Position numbers and translations under genes: made by a program. Shown piece after piece: positions 52,551 to 64,000 of a DNA stretch of 64,000 nucleotides. The stretch is taken from the NCBI RefSeq assembly GCF_006345805.1, contig NC_043003.1:76074001-76138000 (forward strand), in the 5' to 3' direction. The number at the start of each line of letters is the position of its first letter. Position 1 is the first letter of the stretch. This DNA comes from Octopus sinensis (taxonomy: Eukaryota). The notes beneath the pieces were generated by a model. It had not been told where the DNA came from, did no database searches, and saw only the letters and a program-made list of their open reading frames with translations.

Positions 52551-54779
52551 ATGCGTGTGTATGTGTGCCCGCGTGTGAGAGCTTGTGAGTATGTGCGTGT
52601 CCTTTTTCACAAGTAAATTTTATTTATTCCTTCGACAGTGTGTCCCAATAATTTATCTAAGATACATTAGGACTATTACTCTATCAGTTCTTTGTCTCTT
52701 ACTATTTCTCAACTGCCTTTGTGTAAAAGAATTTCATAGTTAGTCTTACCAACCTCCACCTCCCCTCTACCAAGCATCTATTTTCCTTACACCTAATGCC
52801 ATCTGCAAACACATTCGCCTTATTTTTGGGGGGGCGAGCTACCCTAATCATTGGTCATTTGATTTTGATTTCGTTTTCTCTTTGCAACTTGCCGTTCGTG
52901 CTGTGGCTAGTTTGATAATTCATTTGTTCATCTCAACCTGACAATGTAAATAACTTACAGGTAACACGACCTGACGATTAGCAAAGCTGGTTTTGAGTAT
53001 ATTACAACTGATGTATCACACATCGTTATTGCATGAAATGTTCGTAGTTGGTATTTTACCTGCTTCATTATATTCGCATATTTAGTAACTTTATTTACTA
53101 CACCATAATTTGTATGATGGCTGTTAGCTTATGAAAATTTCTTTTAGTTTGAACATCGTCGAATTGTTTAACTTATGATGTTAATAAACTTGCTTTCATG
53201 TATATTGTCCCCATTTCTTTATCTGCACTGGCTGCATCAATGCTCTACTAACTGCCTACATCTGCATCTACGTATCCACTATGTGAATGTATGCATGCGT
53301 GTATGTAAGTATGTATGTATGCATGTTTGTATGTATGTATGTGTGTATGTATGTATCATTGTGTTCTCCAGCATCACAAATATTGCTCTCGTTTGGCTTT
53401 CAGTTTTTCTATTTGTTTGATTCGTGTTTTTCTTATTCATGTTGATTTTATAACTTGCACGTGTATTATAGTTTATTATTTTATTTAGTTCTTGGGGTAT
53501 GTGGAACAGGATCGTTTTGAATCATGATCAAGCAACCGTATTATAGTATATGTTCAAGGAGTGAACAATATACTGCTGTTTTATATATCATATAGTATAT
53601 TGTCTACGCTTTTCTTCAAGTAGCAAAAGTATAACTTCCACCTTCCAATAATATTTTGTAGGGACTTAGCGAATAATCATCCGTATATACTGCAATATCT
53701 AAGTTACCGAAAAATACTTCTTGTGACACTAGAACCAGTAACTGAATAATGTGATATAGAGCAATATTTTGTTGGTTAGGATAAGAATGTCTTTGAGACC
53801 ATGATGCTTGATCACTGTTTAAAGGCAGATAAGCAACGAAGGCAACTGCAACAAGCAGCTTTTATTTTTACACAAACCGTATCAAATACAGACATGCAAA
53901 TGATATCCTAAGTGAATAAAGAAATAAAACAAACTATTATCGTAAGAATATTAGCAAATCTCCATCATATGACATGAATAAAAGAAACATTACCTACATT
54001 CCATTATGTGAATATGGTTCTGTTGCTTATGTAAACGTTTATAAATGCTGTTGAACTTGCTTAAGTCCGCCTACTGCAACTCTGTATATTACAGCTCTGA
54101 ATTCACATCTCTCATAAGGTAATTTCATGCAATTTAGGGTTGTAAATATAAAAAACTATAATTATAAACGTTGTGAATGAAAATGGATTCGTAAACATTA
54201 TTTATGCATATAAAAACTAAGCAGAAATTTTATATAATTTTGAATAGTAAATTAAGTAGTAAATCTTAAATTTTGAATTTGCAGTCGTTCATTAAAATCG
54301 CATTGATCATCATTCTCAGGACTGAATAAAATCTTCATAATTATTTGGTGAATGTTATCATCGCACAAGCCGCTTCATCATTGTTGCCTGTAATTACAGA
54401 TTACACATCATTTCCTTCTTCGTCATCATCTTACAGATACTTGCCTTCCGCATCATTCGTGGCATGCGAAATTTTATATTGCTTGAATCATTTGATAATA
54501 ATGTCAGCTATTTTTTTTGCAATGAATGAATGAATGGTCCGAATATAGAAATTGAATATGAATATAGAAATTTATGTAACTCTTGTCTTGCCTCGTTCTC
54601 TGTACGTTTAATCTCCTATTGGTATGCGGTTGTTTTATTTTTGTCTTAAAATAACCTATTCATACCAGCATATAACATTTGCAAATGGCTGCTAGGTATA
54701 ACTGCTAGGTCACTAATCAGCAACACCTTCAATAAATGCGATGTACACTAATTCCAAACGAATAACATTCTGCAGTGTA

Positions 54780-55560
54780 CCAAGTGAAAATTCGAACCTT
54801 CCCTTCTCAAAATACATAATTAGGGCAGCATAAATTTAAACAGCGGCAAATATTGAGGTTATCAAGTACATGCGATGGAAGGATAGCGAATATTCAAGAT
54901 TTTTATCCCCCAAATGAGGTCGTTGTTTAGTTGAGCACTGAGATTGCTCGGATTTAAACAGTGCTTACAGAATCCCATGATTGTTGGCTACCAATTATCT
55001 CGACATTTGGAGAATAGCCATAACCACATTCCATGAAATGAACATTCGTTTCCGGATCAGAAAGACGCGGCTAAGTTTGATACTTTGCCACTTCCAGCTT
55101 CCAGTAAATCATGAATTTCCAACTTTCTCCTATCTATTGCCGTGACACCTAATTTGCACAAATTTTGGAAAGCCCATCATCTTCTGAAAAGCCTTGCCTG
55201 GAGTGTAGTCGTTCTGCAGATCCGCTGATTATGTACCATCTCTCTGGGCGTATCAGTTCGCAATAAGTATCGTAGTCGGTACTCTCTCATTGCATAGTTT
55301 GCCTTCAATGTTAATCTCCCTTCTTTAAAATTTTTACATCTGTGCACGTTGCCGTTATGAGTAGTGTCATATCTCAAACAACTGTGGCTTTCCGTAGACG
55401 TTTGACTGTCGACGACCTGCTTCATCAAAAACTCAACGATGTCAGCCTCTGCTCAGAACCCATTATTTGCCTGCAAAAAAGAACAAGAAGAACCGTTACT
55501 GTAGATGAAGAGTTCGTCTTCCAGACGCTTGCCGTTTGAACGACATACCTCAATTAATAA
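54780..55560 (-). pseudogene. degenerate mariner transposase remnant
   Basis: EQR..EFL, RCKNFKEGRLTL (cf. RW...FKEGR.SL), GLSKICAN*VSRQ (cf. G..K.CARWVP), FDPET..MEC (cf. YDPET..S.EW). Confidence 0.55.
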
Positions 55561-55748
55561 AAAAGATATGCACACTTTTGCTTTACTTTCGAAACACCCC
55601 TTGTGTGTATTCACAGACACATACACTCATTCATACACTCTCATTCATTCGCACACACACACACACACATGTAGATATGTTTGTGCGTCTATAGTATGTA
55701 CATATACGTACATTTAGGGCCATATATATGTATGTATCTATGCATGTA

Positions 55749-55797
<49 letters not shown>

Positions 55798-56057
55798 ACA
55801 TACATACATACATACATACATACATGCATACATACATACATACATACGTATATACATACACACGTGTGTCCATCTATATTCTCATACACATAAATACATT
55901 ATACATGTACATACATGTACATGAATGTATAACTTTTCAATTACTTTTCCCTCCTTTTTTAGTGACGGTTTTTCTATTCCCTGCAGCAACTCTAGTAATA
56001 TATCTCAACTTTATATGCTGTTGTAAATTTAAAGAACAGTAAATACAAGACAAGAAC

Positions 56058-56115
56058 TAAATAATAATAATAATAATAACAATAATAATAATAACAATAA
56101 TAATAATGATAATAC

Positions 56116-56151
<36 letters not shown>

Positions 56152-56190
56152 TAATAATAATACCAATAATAATAATAATAATAATAATAA
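56058..56190. repeat. (TAA)n microsatellite with no inserted element
   Basis: Direct reading. Confidence 0.97.
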
Positions 56191-56904
56191 AGTTTTTAAA
56201 ATATAATGAATGTCGAACTAATAGATCGAAGAAACATAGTAAATTGGAGTTAGTTACCAATAGCGGTCATTATCCACCCCCAAATGATATGATGCAGACA
56301 ATTCATTATTTATATTTAAATAATGGGTTGCCATTAGGAATAATTTGAGAGTTTCGTCAGTCCCAAATGAGTAATTTAAAACTCATTAAAAGGACCTATT
56401 TGAGAGATCAGTTCGATAGTATTGGCGAGAATTCTCATAATGTAAAATGAAAGAAGACGGTAAAGCAGGAAATGAAGGGGAGGCAAATAATGACAGGCGA
56501 TAGAGGACAGACTGAATAGTTTTCATTGTATGCGTTAGTATGTGCATGAGAATACATATATGTGCCCGTGTGTATGTGTGTGTGTTTTGTGTGCGTGTGT
56601 GAGAGTATGTACGCATGTATTCAAATATTTAAGTATATTTCTGTGGGGCTGTGTGATATGAAGAGATAGTATGGAGGTTATAAAGTGTATTAGAAAATTG
56701 ATTTGTTGCTGGGAAATAATTTAAAGTGAGTGGATGTGCTGCGTCAGAGTTTTCAGTATATTATATAACAATATAGAGGAAATACAAATATTTTGGTTTG
56801 AAGGAGTATTTGTAAATATAGAATGCAAAAAGCAAGGGAGAGATGGTAAAAAAAAAAGCAAGGAAAGAGAAGGGAAAATATGAGAAAAGGAAAAAATAAG
56901 GCAT

Positions 56905-57051
56905 GTATGTGTAGTAAGAAGCTTACTTCTAAACCACATGGTTCCGGGTTCAGTCTCTGCGTGACACACATGGCATGAGTCTTCTACTGTAGTATCGGGC
57001 TGACCAAAGGATTGTAAGTGGATTTTGTAGACGGAAACTGAAAGAAGCCCA
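56905..57051 (+). mobile_element. 5' half of SINE family 1
   Basis: aaccacatggttccgggttcagtc...gagtggattttgtagacggaaactgaaagaagccc-like body. Confidence 0.8.
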
Positions 57052-57096
57052 GGAGGACTGTTGTATGTCAGGTCATTTCCGCTACTGGTAACCCAG

Positions 57097-57171
<75 letters not shown>

Positions 57172-57599
57172 GTATATATGTATATATATATGATAAGTGT
57201 GTGTGTATGCATATCTATACATATATAATATATACATATACAGATATATATATATATATATGTGTGTATGTATGTATGTATGTATGTATATATAATCACT
57301 GCATGCTAGCCATCGATATATTGTCTAAATCATACTACCTTGATCGTTATTGAGAGTTATCTGCAGATTACACAGCATCATTGTATGTTTCTGTATCAAA
57401 AACCACATTAGACTGACTGTGGTAGTTGATAGTTGATGGATAGTTCATTTTTACAGGAACACGAATGAACATACAACCAATCTCATCAGATATTTTCCGG
57501 ACAAACACATATTGGCTACACCCCATATTGTGCTCTAAGCTTATTTCAATATTTTGCTAATGTTCAGTTTACTAATGTTCAATAGTATACTAATGTGAC

Positions 57600-58780
57600 A
57601 TTTAGTACACTGATCGATACTTCGTCAAATTTCGAATGAAGATGAATGTTATAACGAACTTCATATCTTTAAATATATTCTTCTTTGTTGTGATACTTTG
57701 TATCACACTTGGATGTCCTACTCCAGAATCCAAGTTGATGATGTCAAAATAATTTATACTAGAGACTGTGACTACCCGGTATTCGTCTTGCTTCATAGGA
57801 ATTTTCTTTGTATTTGGAGTGTCTAGCGTATTTCTATGCAAAACATTCCTGTATTTCTAGTTCAGCTGAGATGCCTCATGTACTTTTAGCATTTGGATAA
57901 GCGCACAAGAAACGATAGGTACAGATATACTGAATTTCTGATGGGAAATAGGTGCCATATGTACATATAAACAATGAACAGTAGACCGATGCCCATTCAC
58001 TAGACGTGGTTTTGCGTTTAATTATCCATAACAGTAAATTGATTTTATTTCATTGCAAACCATTACCGACGAAAACTGGTTAAACTTAATATCATTATCA
58101 GGTATCTATTAGTGAACGCTGGAGCTTTTACATCGTAGCGCAACCAACTGGAATAGCATAGAGATTCCCCTCAAACTGGAAGTTAATTTTATAACTGGCT
58201 TGATATCCTGGATAGTTTAATAACATGGGAATAGCGTGACAGGATTTAAACTATACACAAGTGATAGCCATCCATTGTAGTAATTCAGAGATTAACATAA
58301 AGAAAGCAGTTTTCAAAATTATGCTTGTTTGAATTATGTATTCTAATTTTCGAACATTTATAGCTCTCTATCATTTCTTTTATGGAAATGATGGGCATCT
58401 ATCCTTTACATAAATATTTTAATTTGTCGGTTGTTGCTTACTTGCACTTCGATCAATTGCTTTATATTATTACATATGAAATATTCTTTTTCTAGATTCG
58501 TTAAGATGTTCGCCGTCGGTTTGCTGAACGTGTATTTAACGAAACCTTTGGAGGTTCTGTTACAATGTTTAGGAAGCAACGATGTAACGGAAGTTGTAAA
58601 GTGTCCGATAGAATGCTTTCTAGAAATATGTTTAAAGCTTTTCATTGTTCCATAAATTCGAACCTCTCCTAGGCCAAATTTTCCTTTGAAACGTTTTGGT
58701 GCGATACATGAAGTTCCATGTCAATGAGGTAAATTGGAAGAATTTTTAGAGAACCACATGAAATGACTTGCGCTATCTGC
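57600..58780 (-). pseudogene. highly degenerate RLE-type LINE RT remnant
   Basis: TSVTSLLPK (cf. G.T.LLPK), LQ.DG.SL, SLNPV, MLLNYPGY, DVKAPA (cf. DDLK.YA). Many stops. Confidence 0.4.
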
Positions 58781-59471
58781 CCCATTTCTTTACCCTTTCG
58801 GCTTAATTTCCACGTAGAGATTAGGATATCATTCATAGCTATGGTTACGTACTCGACACTGGATAATAACGATTATGAGAGTTACTATTCTGATGACGTC
58901 TGTTCATTTCAATTGTGTTAACATTTGAAATTATCTCTGATGTTTGGAATAGTGTTCTTATTATAGGAAATATAAACAAATTTACTAACACTGCCTATCA
59001 ATGAGTCTCATTACCACCGTGGCCATTTTGAAAATATATTCTGGCGAAAAGGCAGAAACAAACAACAATTAGAAACGTTTCTTCTCGTCAATGAGAAATA
59101 TGTAAACAAATTAAGCCTACTTTATCTTTCTTGATTATAATGACAATAACAAGAAAACCAACAATTTAAACTTACATTGGGGAAAACACATTATAACAAG
59201 TTTAAACTGGAGCTGCATAAGATTGCATCTTTTAGCAATAAATTGAAAAATAATAACAATAAGATAAATCAATAAAAACAGCATAACTTGTTCATTGTAT
59301 TTTTATTTGTCCAGAAGGATGTGAAATGAGAAAGCATTACAAGTAATACAACGGAAATATTATCTTACATATGTGTATGTACGTACATGTTTATGTATGT
59401 ATGTATATATGTATGCATGTATGTGTGTATGTATATGTATGTATGTGCATGTGTACACACACACACACACA

Positions 59472-59536
<65 letters not shown>

Positions 59537-60139
59537 GTTTCTAAATGTTTATGCTTCTAAGTTTGTGTTATTGTGCATGTATATGTGTATAGGTGTGCGG
59601 TTATATGTTCTTCTTCAATGCTTACGTGTATGTGTTGGTGGTGGAGTTAGAAGGATGGGCTAAAGAAGAATTTAATGTAAGGAAATAAATTATGAAGGAG
59701 ATATTGAAGATTTGGATTTTGTAATGCATTAATGATGTAGGCAGAAATAGAAATAAGGATAGAATGAAAGGAAAAATGAAAAATGAATTAACAAAAAAAT
59801 GAGAATGGAAAACGCAGTAATCATTATAATGCATAAGAGAATAGACATATTAAAATGTTAAATATAACTGCTAGCGAAGATGATGGTGGTGGTGATGGCG
59901 GTGCAAAGGATGATGCTGGTTATGACGATCATCATGGAGCGTAGGGAGAGGAGGAGGATAGTGATGGTGATAATATTCTTTTAGTTTGCTCGTGGTTCCA
60001 TTTATACATAAAATATATTAACAAATATTTCAGAAAAATGGGAGGATGTTTGTATACACACAAAAAGAGCTCCACATACACAACCACACAAACATTTTAC
60101 ACACACATATCTGGGGGCACTCACTCATAGACAGTCATA

Positions 60140-60709
60140 TCTACATACATAAATGTGTAATAGTGTCTGTCTGTGTGTGTGTGTTTGGGGTTACTCTAAC
60201 TCCTCATACACCCTCCAACCGATTTTAATGATTTTTGGATCATAGGAAGATCACATGCCCTGAAATTCAAATAAAGCCGGAATTTTTCGAAAATTAGATG
60301 ATACTCAGTTGGCATCGATTTTTGTGAGCTCAATCGGGCGTTTGAATGGAAATTCCCATAACGATGTTTTTTTTTCTTGCAGCTTTTGCATTTTTTGTCC
60401 GATGTTGATGAACATCAATGAGTGGGCGAGGCTTATTGTAATGAGTTGATGTCAGTATGTGGCTGCACCATTGAACACGTTGTTGTCGGCTGCAAAAATT
60501 CAGCTCCGTCAAGAAAAATTTGTCACTTACTCTGACCAATTTTCTTCCGCCTGACACATATCTGCTCATCATGCAACAGCCTGTCGAACCAGATATAACA
60601 TCTTAAGGGTTAATAGTTGCACGAGGAATGTAGAAGATTTCAATACAAGGTCGGAAGTGGACTTAAGTTCAACACGGAAAACACGAGCAACGCCGGGTCC
60701 AATAGCTAG
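60140..60709 (+). mobile_element. complete non-autonomous Helitron (570 bp)
   Basis: Starts A|TCTACATACATAAATG followed by a TGTC/TG microsatellite and ccaaccgattttaatga. Ends with the hairpin cacgagcaacgccggg and CTAG|T, giving a canonical A|T insertion with no TSD. Confidence 0.75.
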
Positions 60710-60748
60710 TATACATACATGCATACATACATACATTCATATATGTAT

Positions 60749-60784
<36 letters not shown>

Positions 60785-61177
60785 TAACGAAGGGTGCATG
60801 CAACACCAGCTTTGCAGTAAGTAAGTGATAGATTCTTTTGCCACATAAAGCACGCTCTATTTGAACTTAGAGGGGAGAACAACTTCCCGTCATAAGCGAG
60901 GTGAATTACTTCATTTTAGATTTAAATTATATCTACCCACCTTGATTATTTTATAAATTCCACATTACAAGTTGGCCAAATCAGCCACTGATTAACAAAC
61001 GAATCTAACGCCTCTCGCTTGCAGTGGGTTGGGGGGTGTCTCCCCTGTCATTTCAAATAGAACATTATGGGGCTGTAAATCTATAACTTTTATTCTATGA
61101 ATGCTGGTTATGCCTGCACACTTGGTCAGTTTTAATCACGGTGAATTACTTATTGCGTCTAGCCACCTTAATGATTT

Positions 61178-61312
<135 letters not shown>

Positions 61313-61799
61313 GAAGACCAATCCTATGAGTATTTAGCCATTAGGAGCTAAACTAAATTACGCGTTATTTTGAGTAATACGCTTTTGGTATATTCTAGGG
61401 TATCCTATAAGTGGTGAATTCCCTTGGTGTATTATATTCAAATGAATAACACACGATGAATAATTGTCAGCTCATTACGGCTGTTTCTTACGTAAGGTTT
61501 CAAAAGGAAAATGAGAACTTTACATCATTATAAAAGACTGTCATCATACGATGAGAAGGAAATTTACAAAACAAAAGAATGTCCAAGAATAACTCAATTC
61601 ATAGTCGGCCTCAACAGACACATCTCTCTTGTATTCTTGGATATTCTTTTGTTTTCTAAAATTACTTCTCAACTGATTACTGTCTTTTATAACGATGTAA
61701 TGTTCGCATTCTTCTATTAAAAGGTTGCCTAAGAAACACCTGTAATGAGCTGACAATTAGACATCGTATATTGTTATTCATTTGATTATAGTGTGTGTC

Positions 61800-62400
61800 T
61801 AAGGCGGTGAATTGGCAGAAACGTTAGCACGCCGGGCGGAATGCTTAGCTGTATTTTGTCTGCCGTTACGTTCTGAGTTCAAATTCCGCCGAGGTCGACT
61901 TTGCGTTTCATCCTTTCGGGGTCGATAAATTAAGTACCAGTTACGCACTGGGGTCGATGTAATCAACTTAATCCCTTTGTCTTTCCTTGTTTGTCCCCTC
62001 TATGTTTAGGCCCTTGTGGGCAAGAAAGAAATAAGAAACGTTAGCACGCCGGGTGAAATGAGTAGCCGTATTTCGTCTGCCGCTACGTTCTGAGTTCAAA
62101 TTCCGCCAAGGTCCACTTTGCGTTTCATCCTTTCGGGGTCGATTAAATAAGTAACAGTTACGCACTGGGGTCAATATAATCGACTTAATCCGTGTGTCTG
62201 TCCTTGTTTGTCCTCTCTGTGTTTAGCCCCTTGTGGGTAGTAAAGAACTAGGTATTTCGTCTGTCTTTACGTTCTAAGTTCAAATTCCGCCGACATCAAC
62301 TTTCATACTTCGAGGTTGATTAATTATGTACGAGTAGCTTACTGAGATCAGTCTACTCGACTGGCCCCTTCCCCCAAATTTCGGGTCTTGTGTCTACAAT
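61800..62400 (+). mobile_element. tRNA-derived SINE family 2, tandem trimer
   Basis: Unit 1 (61801-62030) is full. Unit 2 starts at agaaacgttagcacgcc (about 62033). Unit 3 starts at ggtatttcgtctgtctttacg (about 62251). Confidence 0.92.
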
Positions 62401-62444
62401 ACAAAATATTATAGTTTGTGTGTTTGTATAAATGTTGTATGTAT

Positions 62445-62848
62445 GTATTCTTTATTCTACTTGACTGCTGCCATGGTGGAGCACCACCTGATGTTGTTTT
62501 AGATGAACAAATTGACCCCAGGACTTCTTTTATCGGTTTTTGTTGACGAGCCGCTAAGTAACGGGGACGTAAATGCATCAACACCAGTTACCAAGCGATG
62601 GTAGAGGAGATAAACAGACAAACACACAAATATATACATACACACACTCACACACACACATACACACGAGCGCGCGCGCATATACACACACTTGTACGGC
62701 TAGCTTCTTTCAGTTCCCGTCTACCAAATCCACGCTCAAGGCTTTGGTCGACTCGAGGTTATAGAAGACACTTACTCAAAGTGTCACTCGGTGAAACTGA
62801 ACCCTGAACCATGTGGTTGGGAAACAAGCTTCTTACCAAACAGCCAAG
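62445..62848 (-). mobile_element. tRNA-derived SINE family 1
   Basis: Reverse complement of head (tggtaagaagcttgtttcccaaccacatggttcaggg), body and tail. Confidence 0.85.
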
Positions 62849-62989
62849 GATGTATGTATGTATTAGTTTCCGCTGTAGGGCCGATGCACTGTTGGAGCAC
62901 CACCAACTGCTTTTCCTACACCTCCATTAACACTTAACATTTGTCATTTGGTGAATGAGGGAGTTTGATATAGCTGATTTCATTCCAAC

Positions 62990-63470
62990 CTCTTGGCATT
63001 AACTTGGATTTTTTTTATAGTAGGAGATCCAGTTTAGTTTTGAAGATACCTACATCCACAACATGTAGTCCTCTCAGTTACTTTCAAAGTTTGGAGAAAG
63101 TCCTGCCAGAAACTTCCAGATGTATACTGCAGAATATTTTCCCCATATTTTTTCTTAATCTCATGAGCGTTTCCCAGTAGATTATTTGCTGCATTGAGGT
63201 TATCTTTTGCGTATAGCTTCGCTAGACTACTTCGAATTCAAGACGACTTAGAACAAAAGTTCTTCAGAGGACAATCAGCTCTCTTGCTCACACCAACTCC
63301 TGCTAAGCAAACGCGAAGGGGTTTGAGTAAGGTAACAGAATCGGTATATATGGACATTTCCCAGACTGGTTTCATTTAAAAATGGGCCTTTGAGCCTGAA
63401 ATATAAGGAATTTTATAAAAATGTCTCTATTGTTGGAAGCTATCTTATCGTTCCCACGGAAATGTGAAAG
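62990..63470 (-). pseudogene. CR1 LINE ORF2 3' fragment
   Basis: FVLSRLE..*RSYTQKITSMQQIIYWET, VYIWKFLAGLSPNF, DVGIFKTKLDLLL. Confidence 0.7.
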
Positions 63471-63679
63471 TCTGAGCTACTTCGTGTGATAATTTTGAAG
63501 TCATAGTACAAAGTATATTATTCTACCAGGATAACAATTGTTTCTGCACCAGTTGGAAATATGTAATTCCCCCTTGTTTTGTTTTGTTTATATCTCGTAT
63601 TTCATCTTCAAATACACTTTCCAAACACTGAATTCATAATTGTTATTCTTAGTAATGTGATCTATTATTACATATATAC

Positions 63680-63903
63680 TCTTTCACTCTTTTACTTGTC
63701 TCAGTCATTTGACTGTGGCCATGCTGGAGCACCGCCTTTAGTCGAGCAAATCGACCCCAGAACTTATTCTTTGTAAAGCCTAGTACTTATTCTATCGGTC
63801 TCTTTTGCCGAACCTCTAAGTTACGGGGACGAAAATACACCACCATCGGTTGTCAAGCGATGCTGGGGGGAACAAACACACACACACACGCGCGCGCGCA
63901 CAT

Positions 63904-63942
<39 letters not shown>

Positions 63943-64000
63943 CATACACATATACGACGGGCTTCTTTCAGTTTCCATCTACCATATCCACACTCAACGT
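63680..64000 (-). mobile_element. tRNA-derived SINE family 1, running off the window end
   Basis: cagtcatttgactgtggccatgctggagcaccgcc...cttattctatcggtctcttttgccgaac...gacgggcttctttcagtttcc. Confidence 0.9.

Noticed and set aside
61800-62400. CRISPR-like repeat array
   Set aside because: Units are 150-230 bp SINE monomers with no unique spacers, the context is eukaryotic, and there are no cas genes.

Overview
AT-rich, microsatellite-saturated animal genomic DNA, probably intronic or intergenic. The repeat inventory (two tRNA-derived SINE families, dense TA/CA/GATA/TAA arrays, R4/Dong, Tx1, CR1, RTE and Penelope-like retroelements, mariners, Helitrons) points to a coleoid cephalopod, most likely Octopus; this is inferred from recognised repeats, not from a search. 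No host gene can be called with confidence. There is one plausible plus-strand coding exon at 29206-29298, followed by a CRE-centred palindrome. Almost every ORF in the supplied track is a microsatellite translation or a transposon remnant. The most structured locus is 34.1-39.3 kb. There, four R4/Dong-type RLE retrotransposon copies of three sequence families and different ages, plus a 541-bp non-coding passenger element, are stacked on the same strand in one (TAA)n/(TGA)n array. That array begins as the (ATT)n tail of a SINE. Other notable items: a Penelope-like element inserted inside the RT motif of another, a 114-bp spacerless palindrome derived from a (TA)n-embedded element with asymmetric inverted repeats, two degenerate hammerhead-like motifs, and a snap-back hairpin at one retrotransposon 5' junction. 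All alignments and translations were done by eye; boundaries of old elements are approximate.
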